Shown: positions 50,920 through 62,509 of the stretch, one piece after another
Numbering within the stretch: the stretch's first letter is position 1
Layout of the letters: every line of letters begins with the position of its first letter
NCBI GenBank assembly: GCA_951406725.2
Contig: OX597829.1
Span: 19,778,001-19,842,000 of the forward strand
Reading direction: 5' to 3'
DNA: 64,000 nucleotides
DNA from: Octopus vulgaris
Taxonomy: Eukaryota
Translations under genes and position numbers: made by a program
The notes under the pieces: model-generated
Told to the model about the DNA's origin: nothing
Seen by the model: the letters and a program-made list of their open reading frames with translations, nothing else
Database searches by the model: none

Positions 50920-51386
50920 ATATATACATACATACATACATACATACATACATACATACATACATACATACATAGATGTGCCGGTGTCATGTAAAAGCAC
51001 CCACTACACTCTCGGAATGGTTGGCATTAGGAAGGGCATCCAGCTGTAGAAATTCTGCCAGATCACATTGGAGCCTGGTGCAGCCATCTGGTTTGTCAGT
51101 CCTTAGTCAAATCGTCCAACCCATGCTACCATGGAAAGCAGACGTTAAACAATGATGATGATATAATGAGTGGGCAGAATCATTAGCATGCCAGGCAAAA
51201 TATTTCGTAGCATTTCATCCATGTCTATGTTCTGAGTTCAAATTCTGCTGAGATTGACTCTGCCTTTCATCCTTTTGGTGGTGATGAATTAAGTACCAGA
51301 TTTAAGGCAGTGCTCCAGCATGACCACAGTCAAATGACTTAAGCAAGTAAAAGAATATATATATATATATATATGTAAACACACAC

Positions 51387-51463
<77 letters not shown>

Positions 51464-51466
<3 letters not shown>

Positions 51467-53088
51467 TTGCGGCCAAAATGTTCAGAACGGCATTGTTTTC
51501 GTCAGAAAAGTAGGTATAAGTTTTTATCAAAGTTGTTTTATATTCTATAATTTTCACAGACAATAAATACGATATTATTTGTTGTTGTCTGAGATTTTGG
51601 TGTAATTTGAGAGGATAATACAAAAGTTATGGATGATTTAGTGATTTACTGCAAAACCCATGGTGGCCAAAATGATCAGAACGGTTGCTTTTACTCCATG
51701 TTTTAGTATATTTAACCGTCGAACTCTAATGTTTTGAATTTGTTTACGTGACAGTTCGTTTACTAAACATTAGTAAGAATATCTGCAGTGTACTTTGTTA
51801 ATATAATGCCACTTACTCAGTTGCCAATTCATCAGCAGATTATTAAGCTTCGAAAGAAGGATATTTTAAGTATTAGGTCTATTGCAAAGATTGTTAACAA
51901 GTCAAAAAGTGTTGTTCACGGTATTCTTAAGGTCTACGATGATTGTGGTTCGTGTGAAGCAAGAAAGTCTACAGGTAGGCCAAGAAAAACGACCAAAAGA
52001 GAAGATCGTGCTATGGTAAAGTTGGTTAAAAAGGACAGATTTAAAACTGCTGCTGCTGTTTTTCGGGAAATGAGCATTGTACTGAAGAAAACTTTATCTC
52101 GAAAAACTGTGTCTCGTCCTTTAGTTGAACATGACCTACAAGCAAGAGCACCTGCAGTGAAGCCACTGATCAAATCCAAGAATAAAAAGTGTCGTTTTAC
52201 CTTTGCAACCTGTGTTGTGGTCTCAAGAAAAATGGCAAACGGTGCATTTCAGTGATGAATCTAAGTCTATGTTATTTGGCTCAGATGGGAAAAGGTATGT
52301 TCGTTGAAAAGCAGGTGAAAAATTGTCACCTAAATGCCTTAAGCCTAGTGTTAAATTCAGTGGAGGAAGTGTCATGGTTTGGGGGATGATATCTGGAGAT
52401 GTTGTGGGCCCTTTGCTGCGATTACATGGAAAGGTAAATGCAGGAGTTTATAAACAACTTGTAAAAGATCATGTCTTGCTTGTGCTGAGAAATTCAACTA
52501 AGCGACCACCCATATTCATACAGGACAATGCTCCATGTCACAAGGCTAAGGTGGTCATGAACTTTCTCAAGGCTGAAAAGGTTATTGTTATGGATTAGCC
52601 TGCTCAAAGCCCAGACCTCAATCCTATAGAAAATGTGTGGAATATTCTAGGAGAACGTTTGAAAGCCAGAAATCCTAAGTCAACCGAGCAATTATAGAAT
52701 GCCCTTCAGGAAGAATGGAATAAGATCACCCAGCAAGAAATTGAAAATTTAATTTCCCCATGCAGTTGAAAATGTCAAACTTTGATTGAAGCTAAAGGGC
52801 TTCACACTAAATATGAAATAATTCCAGCATTCTCCGTCACTTTTTGATTATTTTGTTATTTTTTCAACCGTTCTGATCATTTTGGCCACCATGGGTTTTG
52901 CAGTAAATCACTATATCATCCATAACTTTTGTATTATCCACTCAAATTACACTAAAATCCCAGACAATACCAATTAATATCGTATTTATTGTCTGTGAAA
53001 ATTATAGAATATAAAACAACTTTAATAAAAACTTATACCTACTTTTCTGACAAAAACAATGCCGTTCTGAACATTTTGGCCGCAACTG
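51464..53088 (+). mobile_element. Full-length Tc1 transposon, IR/DR type
   Basis: TA|CAGTTGCGGCC...GGCCGCAACTG|TA. The 224-bp TIRs (51464-51687, 52865-53088) each hold two ggccaaaatg(t/a)tcagaacgg direct repeats. Confidence 0.97.
51806..52817 (+). pseudogene. Tc1 DD34E transposase pseudogene
   Basis: HTH plus GRPRKT, FSDESK, GGSVMVWG, QDNAPCH and SPDLNPIENVW, with exactly 34 residues between the second D and E. Frameshift near 52210 and several premature stops. Confidence 0.93.
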
Positions 53089-53130
53089 TATCATCATCAT
53101 CATTTAACGTCCGCTTTCCATGCTAGCATG

Positions 53131-53187
<57 letters not shown>

Positions 53188-53267
53188 TTTGGGGGAGTAG
53201 CACATGAAGCTATAAATAATTGCATGTAAATATTGAGTTGAAAAACCCTTTTGGATAGGAAAAGTTA

Positions 53268-53340
53268 AAGGCTGTCCATGGGATTTGAACCCATATCTCT
53301 AGTAGACATGACAGGCATTTTACCACTAGACAACCCTTCA
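53268..53340 (-). other. Degenerate tRNA-like head
   Basis: Minus strand gaagggttgtctagtggtaaaatgcctgtc...atgggttcaaatcccatggacagcc has box A/B-like motifs, but no convincing cloverleaf. Confidence 0.4.
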
Positions 53341-53707
53341 TATGTATGTCTTTTTGTATGTATGTGTTCATGTATATTTATATATGTGCATGTGTGTTAA
53401 AGTATTCATTATAATGATGTATGTCTCTCATACACAAGTACATGTATGTATGTACTTCTCTGGAGTACATATTCGACTGAAATAGCAACATCATGGTGGA
53501 GTCATTTTATCCATCTAAAAACACACACAAAAAGCTGTTATATTATTTCCACTCCATAATATTTCTTGTAATGTTAAGGCAGCAAGTTGGCAGAATCCTT
53601 ACAGTGCTGGAAAAAATGTCTAGCAGCATTTCTTCTGGCTTTGCATTCTGAGATCAAATGCTGCCAGAGTCGATTTTGCCTTTCATTCTTTCAGTGTTGA
53701 TAAAATA

Positions 53708-54207
53708 CTGTAAATCCTCGAGTATAGTCCGCCCTTGAGTATAATACACAGGGGAGTTTTAGGTGGGTGTACCTCTGAAAAACCTAAACTTTGTGTATAA
53801 TACGCACACCTTCTCTAACTTGAGTCAAGGAGGTCTATATAACGTCCTTGGTTTGTAAAGATGTATACGATAACGTCCTTTATTATTATTGTATATATAA
53901 CATAATGCAAACTTGTAGCTTTTTTGTGCATTTTGTTTGCAGAAAATAAAGAAATAACAGTAATAACGTTTAATAAATGTTGCTTACTGCAAGTTATGGA
54001 TGATTCTTTTATGACTTCATTGCTTTCAGGTATTTTCACCCCCGACATCACAAAATGCATCTGAATAAACATTGCTGGACAGCAAATAGAGACTCGGACA
54101 TTGCTTAGAAAATAGTTTTCATTTTTAACCTTGTGTATAATACGCACTAGGGATTTTGACCTTTAAAATTTGGGAAAAAAATGCGGATTATACTTGAGGA
54201 TTTATGG
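53708..54207. mobile_element. Tc2/pogo-type MITE nested in a family-B SINE
   Basis: Same TIRs as 6495-6963. Removing it and one TA restores the SINE sequence gataaaa-ta-agtaccag. Confidence 0.9.
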
Positions 54208-54944
54208 TAAGTACCAGTTGAGCACTGAGGTTGATGTAATCATCTTGTATCATTTTCTGGTGGCAATTGTTGACCTTGTGCCAAAACTGGAAACCATTAT
54301 TTCTAGTGATGTGAACATGTTCTGCATACCACTGTAATCTGGTCAGTTCCTCTGCATCTGTTTGAAAATTAGTTAGTGGTGAGTTTTAATGGGTCTCAGA
54401 TGTGTCTGTACCCTCCCTCTCTCCCATTCTTTATCTTCTTGAACTTACAAACATATGGACCTGCATCTGTTATAGAGTTGTTTCTTGACATTTTGTCAGC
54501 AGTCTCTGTTCATCACTTCTTTTGTCTGTCAATAATCTAGTTTAACCATTATTTTTCATCTTTACATCTCTTTTTTCTCTCCCTTTCAGTTTTTCCTTCT
54601 TTCTCTTTTTTCATGTTCTTATCTCATTCTCTTGTCCTTCACAGTTGACCGAGATGCAAGCAGGCATGTTATAGTCTATGATAGATTTAATATATTATTT
54701 GTAAAACAGTATTGTAGTTGTTATATGTGTTTGTAATGTACCTGTGTATCTTTTAGCTTAGTCTTTGTGTTTTCAGAGGTGTAACTAGTGCTGACTGCTG
54801 TTTCTTACACTGTTTCTTACACCAGAATTACAAGGATGAGTACAAAAGTCTGTTGGGATTTTTTGACAAACAATTTTTTTCTTTCCATAAAGAAAAAGCT
54901 ATGGTTGCTATTATGGGGAACATTGGGATATTGTTCCTGGTGTC

Positions 54945-55680
54945 TCTCTCTCTCCAATGCCCAGTCTCTTTTACAATTTCTTGAACAAGCCTCAAATTGT
55001 GTAGGTCTTTACCTCAATGAGGCCAAAACTGAAAACATAAACAAGTGCCTGTCCAACAGTGATTGCATCATCCATACTCTCAACAATGCGCCCTTAAATA
55101 TGGTTTCTGATTATAAATATCTTGGGTCATACATATCATCATCTGGAAAAGACTTTCTAACTAGAAAGGGTATGGCCTGGTCAGCCTGTAATGACATGCA
55201 TAAGATCTGGTCATCAAATCTAAGTAGAGACTTCAAACTTGAAATCTTCAAAGCCACAGTCGAACCAATTCTACTATATGGCTCAGAAACCTGGACGCTA
55301 TCAAAGAAGCTTGAGAGGCGGTGGGATGGAACCTACACTCGCCTCCTTATGAGAGCTCAAAATCTCTCGTGGAAGCGCCATCCAACCAAAATGCAAATAT
55401 ATGGGAAACTACCACCTGTGTCATCTCTTGTGAAAGGTAGGAGAGTCCAGTTTGCTGGACATTGTTGTAGAGCTGAAAAAGAAGTAATTTCTACTCTTCT
55501 CCTCTGGAAGCCATCTACTCGCAATACCAGAGGGCGCAGATTCTCCTACCCTGATGTAATATCCAGGGATACAGGCATCCAGCAACAGGACCTCCGTAAT
55601 GCCATGATGGACCGTGAAGTCTGGCGTAGCATGGTAAATTCCATTGTCTCGACCATGGTCGAACAATGATGATGATGATG
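54945..55680 (+). mobile_element. 5'-truncated RTE-type LINE with open RT C-terminus and (GAT)n tail
   Basis: GLYLNEAKT, YKYLGS, LLYGSETW and FAGHCCR. The stop at 55669 runs into gatgatgatg. The first roughly 50 aa of the listed ORF are flank read-through. Confidence 0.92.
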
Positions 55681-56923
55681 TAGCAGCAGTCAAAAAGTTA
55701 GCTGCTGGTTGTTGAGTTGCTGTCACAGATCATTCATTGTGGTTAATGTCAGCTTGGGTCAGCTGCTGTCTGTTATCTCTGTTGACTGTCTCCTATGGGA
55801 TGTTGAAAGCTCAAAGCTATGTTGGTACCATGCTAGTAGTCTAAGAAATTGTTGTCTTTAAACAAAGGCATTTTGGCTCTGATTAATCAATGTTTCCTTC
55901 CCAGATTTAAGAGATTGAGTTGTTATTTGAAGGAATTTAGGCTGTTGACTTGCTTCTAAGGCAAAATCTATAAAAGGATTGGAAAAAAATTCCAGCCTTA
56001 TCCAGAATATTTCAAGTCAAAAGCTTAAAAGTCAATATGATTAAAACCAAAGTTCTAATTGCACTTTATATCTGCTAAGAGAGTTTTCTCAATATGTAGG
56101 AAGCAGATAGTTGTCTCATGATGCTTTCTAGTTACCATAAGCAATGCATTATCAAGATGAGCAAGTGGATATTAAACAAAATTGGTACCGAGCCAAGGAT
56201 TTAGATAAAGCAAATATACAAGAATATTTTTCAGTTGATATACTTGAAAGAAAATCTGTAAACAATTTGGATAGCTTCTATAATTAGTAGAATGTATCTG
56301 TTATCTAGGTGACCTAATAATTACTAAAAATAACCAAAGTGTTGAGTATCTAGGAAAACAAGCAGATTGAAGAGCTGCTATTTTGACAACAAATATCATG
56401 ACTCTCTCTCTTCCTTTCTCTCGCTCTCTTTATCTCTATCTCTTTCTCTCTTTCAAAAGGAAAACTTTATGAAGCATATGAAAAGAGATGTAAAACTATA
56501 TTGTAGTGAGATATAGATGATGAATGTAAAGCTTCAAAGTGACTGAGGAGATATGGGTTGAGTATGAACTTCTGGGAATGTAATGTTAATGTGTATAAAA
56601 TGTGAGGTGCAATAAGGCTATGACACCTTGGCACCATAAAATCATTAACTGATTTATGCAGGAAAGGGGACGTTCTGTTGTAGCTGTAAAATGCAATTGG
56701 ATAACGAATGCTACATAATATAGTAATAAATAAAAACAAGAGAAAATGCCATTGGCAGAAATGGAAAGAAGAACTGACTTCAGATATGAGGTGATATATT
56801 GTATTGTTCACTCCTTTTTAAAAGTCAGCTTAAAATGACAGATATTAAAATGATGATGATGATGATGTTGTATGTGTGTGTGTGTGTGTGCAAGTGTGTG
56901 TGTATGCATGTGAGAGAGAGAGC

Positions 56924-56926
56924 ATC

Positions 56927-56988
<62 letters not shown>

Positions 56989-56990
56989 AA

Positions 56991-57073
<83 letters not shown>

Positions 57074-57087
57074 TTTGTCTGTCTGTA

Positions 57088-57144
<57 letters not shown>

Positions 57145-57153
57145 GTTTGTCTG

Positions 57154-57244
<91 letters not shown>

Positions 57245-57245
57245 G

Positions 57246-57316
<71 letters not shown>
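56924..57316. repeat. Long (ATCT)n microsatellite
   Basis: About 390 bp of ATCT with a few GTCT interruptions. Confidence 0.97.
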
Positions 57317-57572
57317 GTACACACACACACACGTTATTTGGCAAGAAGTCTGTTTTCCAGTCACGTAGCCCTGGGTTCAGTCTTACTGTGTATCACGTTG
57401 AGAAAGTGTCTTCTACTATTGCCTTGGGAATAAATTTAGTAGACAAAAACTAAAAGAAACTTATTCTATACACACACACACACGTGTGTGTGTGTGTGTG
57501 TGTGAGTGTGTGTTTTGTGCAATCACCAAACTGGTAAAAGGGGAGGAGGAATTTTTACTTGTTGCATTTTTA

Positions 57573-57623
<51 letters not shown>

Positions 57624-57927
57624 CACATGTGCATATATAAAGATACTTATATATAATAAAGGTGAAAAATTGAATATTAATTAAATTAATATCAATTTAA
57701 AACAAGTGGTCTAGCATATTAAAATCTGAAGATACAGAAAAATTATATTACATGCATAACATATAGGAGGGATAACCACTATGTGGACATCCATATGCTA
57801 GAAGTAGATCCATTCTAGTATATGGATGTCCACGTAGTGGTCATCCCTCTTATATGTGTGTGTGTGTATATATATATATATATGTATATATTATATATAT
57901 ATATGTGTATGTATGTATATATATATA

Positions 57928-57961
<34 letters not shown>

Positions 57962-58439
57962 CATACATTCTAGCATATTGATGTTCATGTAGTGGTCATC
58001 CCTCTTATATGTACATATATATATATATATATTTGCATACATACATACATACATACATACATATACACATATATATATGTGTATGTATATATGTGTGTGT
58101 GTATGTATGTGTGTGTGTGTGTCTGTCTGTCTGTCTGTCTGTGTCTGTGTATATATTTCAAATTTATAGAAAATTTATAGAAAACTGAACACGAAAACAG
58201 ATGAAGGAACAACAAGCAGATGTATTTGTTTGATGCTCGGAAAGAATGGAAACATCATTGGCGTTTTAAGCTTACAGTTTTTGAAAGAAAGTGATGAGAG
58301 GAAGAAAAATGGCGAGGGAGTGAAAAGAAATGGGGAGAGAAAAGATGTGTAGAGATTAATGGTTCAACATGATGAAAAAAATATATATATACATATATAT
58401 ATATGTGTGTGTATATATATATATATATATATGTGTGTG

Positions 58440-58470
<31 letters not shown>

Positions 58471-58515
58471 GTATATATATGTGTGTGTGTATGTGTATGT
58501 GTATATATATATATG

Positions 58516-58585
<70 letters not shown>

Positions 58586-58588
<3 letters not shown>

Positions 58589-59218
58589 GTGCTCTCTCAA
58601 CGAGATACCAAGCATTGACCTTTCCATGGCTCTTTGAGCTGTTATGAGTCTTTGCTCTTCTCTCTTTGTGGTAGCCCATGTTTCACTACCATATAACATT
58701 GCAGGCAGAACTGCACTGTTAATGAGGTTGGCGCGGGTGGTCCTGTCCAACCTTCCCTTGAGCACATCCCTTATGCCATTGAATGCCTTCCATCCGGCCC
58801 TTACTCTCCGTGAGATCTCCTTTTTGATATCCCGGCACATATTTACTTCCTGTCCCAGGTAGACATATTCTCTCACCTCCTCTATTCCATTGTTTAGAGA
58901 GCACATGAATAGCAACATCATCAGAAAGAAGTCCGGCGTGAGAGATGTCATCGCAGAGTATACTCGCAGCAAGTATAGATGGGCTGGACACATCGCCCGG
59001 CTCATCGATAATCGGTGGACGCACGCAGTTGTCAAGTGGTACCCGCATGAGCAGAAAAGACCACCCGGAAGACCTCCACGACGGTGAAGTGACGATTTCA
59101 AGAGGATGATTGGGATCACGTGGATGAGAAAGGCGTGATCCAGAGAGGAGTGGACAGCGTGCTGTGACCAGCGGTGTCAAATGGACACCTGACGGACTGG
59201 TCAGTCAAAGTGATCAAA

Positions 59219-59223
<5 letters not shown>
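58586..59223 (+). mobile_element. RTE-type LINE 3' fragment with inverted 5' portion, inserted in (TA)n
   Basis: Minus 58895-58586 encodes YVYLGQ...MLYGSETW...LGISLREHI. Plus 58896 onward continues REHMN...WAGHIAR...GRPPRR and ends in a (caaagtgat)2 tail. Confidence 0.92.
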
Positions 59224-59270
<47 letters not shown>

Positions 59271-59273
<3 letters not shown>

Positions 59274-59654
59274 GAGCAAAATGCCCCCCGTCCAATGGAC
59301 GGTGTTGAGTTGTCAAACATTTAAACCAAATTTTCTCAAAACAACTTGTCCGACCATCCCATAGGCCTCGTCTTGAAGAAACACTGATTTAACCTAAATT
59401 TGAGACAGCAGCAAAAGAAGAAATAAAGATAGACTTTTTTCTATTCCAAGAAAAACGATTTTACAAATGCACATTCTCACAGCTTTATCAATCGCATTCT
59501 CACCTGGAATCAATTTTTGTAATTTTTTCAAGACTTATACATGCCCTGATACCGTCGGTATCTACAGATCAAATTTGAGCACAATCGGATGGAGGATGCC
59601 CAAGATCCTAGAAGACACACACACAGACAGACAGAACGGATTTTATATAATGGA
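59271..59654 (-). mobile_element. Non-autonomous Helitron-like element
   Basis: Minus strand has a 5' TC-cattatataaaa start, (GTCT)n, a 3' hairpin ccgtcc-att-ggacgg, then a CTCG|T terminus (CTRR-like). Confidence 0.6.
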
Positions 59655-59892
59655 TATGTACGTAAATCGTCTAAAAGTCCACAAGCCAGGAAAAAGATGC
59701 ACTTGTATATCTGTCAATAGAGTGGGTATGTTATCTGAAGTGTACAGTATTATATATCCATCATGAACTTACCAATCAGTTTTGCACTAGGGGTGCAATG
59801 CAGTGTTAGGTAACAGTCTGATTATATAACCCTACACTCATCAGAGGTAGCCAATATGAAATGAAACATGGAGACTGCTCTCAACAATAGAG

Positions 59893-60153
59893 TGTGTGCG
59901 TGTGTGTGAGTGTCTGTGTGTGTGTATGTGTCTGTGTGTGTGACAGAGTGTGTGTGTATGTAAGAGTGTCTGTGTGTGTGTATGTTTATATACTATATAG
60001 TGAGTAGAAACTCCCCACTGTGAGTTTATATACTATATAGTGAGTAGAAACTCACAGTGGGGTGAATGGTTAAAGGGAAAAACCTTCAGCAGAAGAATTC
60101 CTGTCGAGTTTTTCAACCTGTTAGTTCCTGACACTCTAAGGACAGTATATATA

Positions 60154-60232
<79 letters not shown>

Positions 60233-60434
60233 TAAAGTGTCAGGAACTAACAGGTTGAAAAACTCGACAGGAATTCTTCTGCTGAAGGTTTTTCCCTTTA
60301 ACCATTCACCCCACTGTGAGTTTCTACTCACTATATAGTATATAAACACACACACACACTCTTACATACACACACACACTCTGTCACACACACAGACACA
60401 TACACACACACAGACACTCACACACACGCACACA
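59893..60434. repeat. About 540-bp inverted duplication centred on (TA)n
   Basis: Arms 59893-60144 and 60227-60434 are near-identical reverse complements, including the irregular GT-rich microsatellite. Confidence 0.95.
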
Positions 60435-60837
60435 TATATATATAGAAAATAGTAAAAAGTGAAAAAACTACAGAAGGCTTGTTTTAAAAGGTTAAAAAAT
60501 ATATATTTGAGTCATTATGTCAGAAGAATGTTATAAATTTTTTTCATACAGTGACATAGTTTTTGAAGAAATTACCAGTTTCGTGTTTAACTTTTCAAAT
60601 TTCTCAAAACATTGTTATGATTTCGTTTAAGAAGTGTAAAGAAGAATTCCAGGTAAGAGGAGGTAATAAGTGATTTCTTCCGGTGTAAGGGAGATAATCG
60701 CTTTATATTTCTTGCCTTTTTAAAAAATTTAATGGGGTGAGTTTCTCTGTATAAGAATGTTAGAGTGGTTAAGTTTGGGCTTATATTTTTCAATGAAGAA
60801 TGTTTCCTTGTTTAGTCTAATTTGTGTTGGTGTTCCA

Positions 60838-62209
60838 ATAGAGGCAATACAGTTCTGGCTGGACCAATTTCCGGCAGAAATACCAAAAAGGATCAGTAAA
60901 GAATTCATTACTAAATCAGTTGAATTCATCCTACATAATAACGACTTCATGTTTGACAGTACATTTTACCGTCAAAAATCCGGAATTGCTATGGGTACAA
61001 GGGCAGCACCAGTCATCGCGAACCTAACAATGGGCTACCTGGAAATAATTATTTACCAGGAATCTTTATCAACCTTTGGAAACTCCCTCTCTCAATACAT
61101 AAAAGAGAATTGGAAACGATTCCTGGACGATTGTTTTATACTCTGGAATGAAAACACAAATAAACTCCTAAAATTCAAAAACCTATTGAACAGCATCAAC
61201 CCAAACATACAGTTCACAATGGAATACAACCAAAAGGAGCTCCCATTCTTAGATATACTAATTAAAAAAATTAACCTTAAAATAGAAACAGACATTTTTT
61301 ACAAAGCCACAGATGCCAAACAATACCTACTTTTTGATTCATGCCACCCAAGACACACTAAAACAAACATCCCTTTCAACCTTGCAAGAAGGATATGCAC
61401 AATAGTGTCAGAACAAAATACCAGGAACTTTAGACTACAAGAACTCAAAAACACCCTAATTGACAGACACTACCCAGCTCAACTCATAGAGGATGGGATC
61501 AGACGCGCAACAGAAATCAACATAGAAACTTTGAGAAAAGTTCAACACAACAACACACCTTCCCCGAAAATACTGCCTTACATATCCACATACAACCCCA
61601 GAAACAAAGAAGCCTTCACCATCATCACCCAGAATTTACCAATAGTTCATAAGGATCCCAAATTAAAGGAAATTCTAAACATACATAAAATCATTAAAAG
61701 CTACAAACAACCTAAATCACTTAAAAAGATTCTCACAAAGGCAAAATTGCTTTCTGATATTACGGATGCAAAAGTAAAAAAAATGTGGTAGATCAAACTG
61801 TGCAACATGCCCAAACCTTCTAGAAGGATCAGAATTCCTCTTCAAAGAGGGACAAAAATTCAAGATCAAATCTAATTTTACTTGTGCCTCTGAAAACATA
61901 ATTTATGTCATAAGATGCTCGGGCTGCCACCAAAACTACGTGGGGTCCACGGGACTATCACTCAGACGTAGATGCACACTGCATCGACAACAGATTGCAT
62001 TCCCAGAATACAGAATGATATCCTTTAGTGAGCATATTGAGAAATGCGCAAAGCAACTACTACCACAATTTTTAATCTTTCCATTTTATCAATGTGCTAT
62101 CGGAACACCAACACAAATTAGACTAAACAAGGAAACATTCTTCATTGAAAAATATAAGCCCAAACTTAACCACTCTAACATTCTTATACAGAGAAACTCA
62201 CCCCATTAA
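60838..62209 (+). pseudogene. PLE reverse transcriptase plus GIY-YIG endonuclease, broken by one frameshift
   Basis: GIAMGTRAAP, RFLDD, LPFLDI and SCHP. An A8 run at 61776-61783 shifts the frame; the second frame reads CGRSNCATC...NIIYVIRCSGCHQNYVGST...R..LH...H...E...LN with no stop until 62209. Confidence 0.93.
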
Positions 62210-62333
62210 ATTTTTTAAAAAGGCAAGAAATATAAAGCAATTATCTCCCTTACACCGGAAGAAATCATTTATTACCTTCCCTTACCTGGAACTCTTCTTT
62301 ACACTTCTTAAATGAAATCATAACAATGTTTTG

Positions 62334-62370
62334 AGAAATTTGAAAAGTTAACACGAAACTGGTAATTTCT
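62334..62370 (+). ncRNA. Minimal hammerhead ribozyme-like motif with U3-A8 core variant (second copy 60567-60604, minus strand)
   Basis: agaaat-TTGAAAA-gt-taac-ac-GAAA-c-tg-g-TA-atttct: 6-bp helix I, short helix II and GUA triplet, located in the PLE terminal repeat. Confidence 0.6.
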
Positions 62371-62509
62371 TCAAAAACTATGTCACTGTATGAAGAAAAT
62401 TTATAACATTCTTCTGACATAATGACTCAAATATATTTTTTAACCTTTTAAAACAAGCCTTCTGTAGTTTTTTCGCTTTTTACTATTTTCTATATATTCA
62501 ACCACGTGC

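Larger units (their letters stand above)
60438..62497 (+). mobile_element. Penelope-like element, 5'-truncated, bounded by about 400-bp inverted terminal (pLTR) repeats
   Basis: 60438-60841 is the reverse complement of 62097-62497 with few differences. It encloses RT and GIY-YIG coding sequence. Confidence 0.95.

Noticed and set aside
54560-54670. Strong polypyrimidine tract plus cacAG at about 54643 suggesting an exon
   Set aside because: No canonical donor nearby and no recognisable peptide.
58180-58360. Possible eroded hammerhead/PLE tail on the minus strand
   Set aside because: Core nucleotides are not recognisable with confidence.
56799-58679. Long ORFs rich in YLSI and YIYI
   Set aside because: Translations of (ATCT)n and (TA)n microsatellites.
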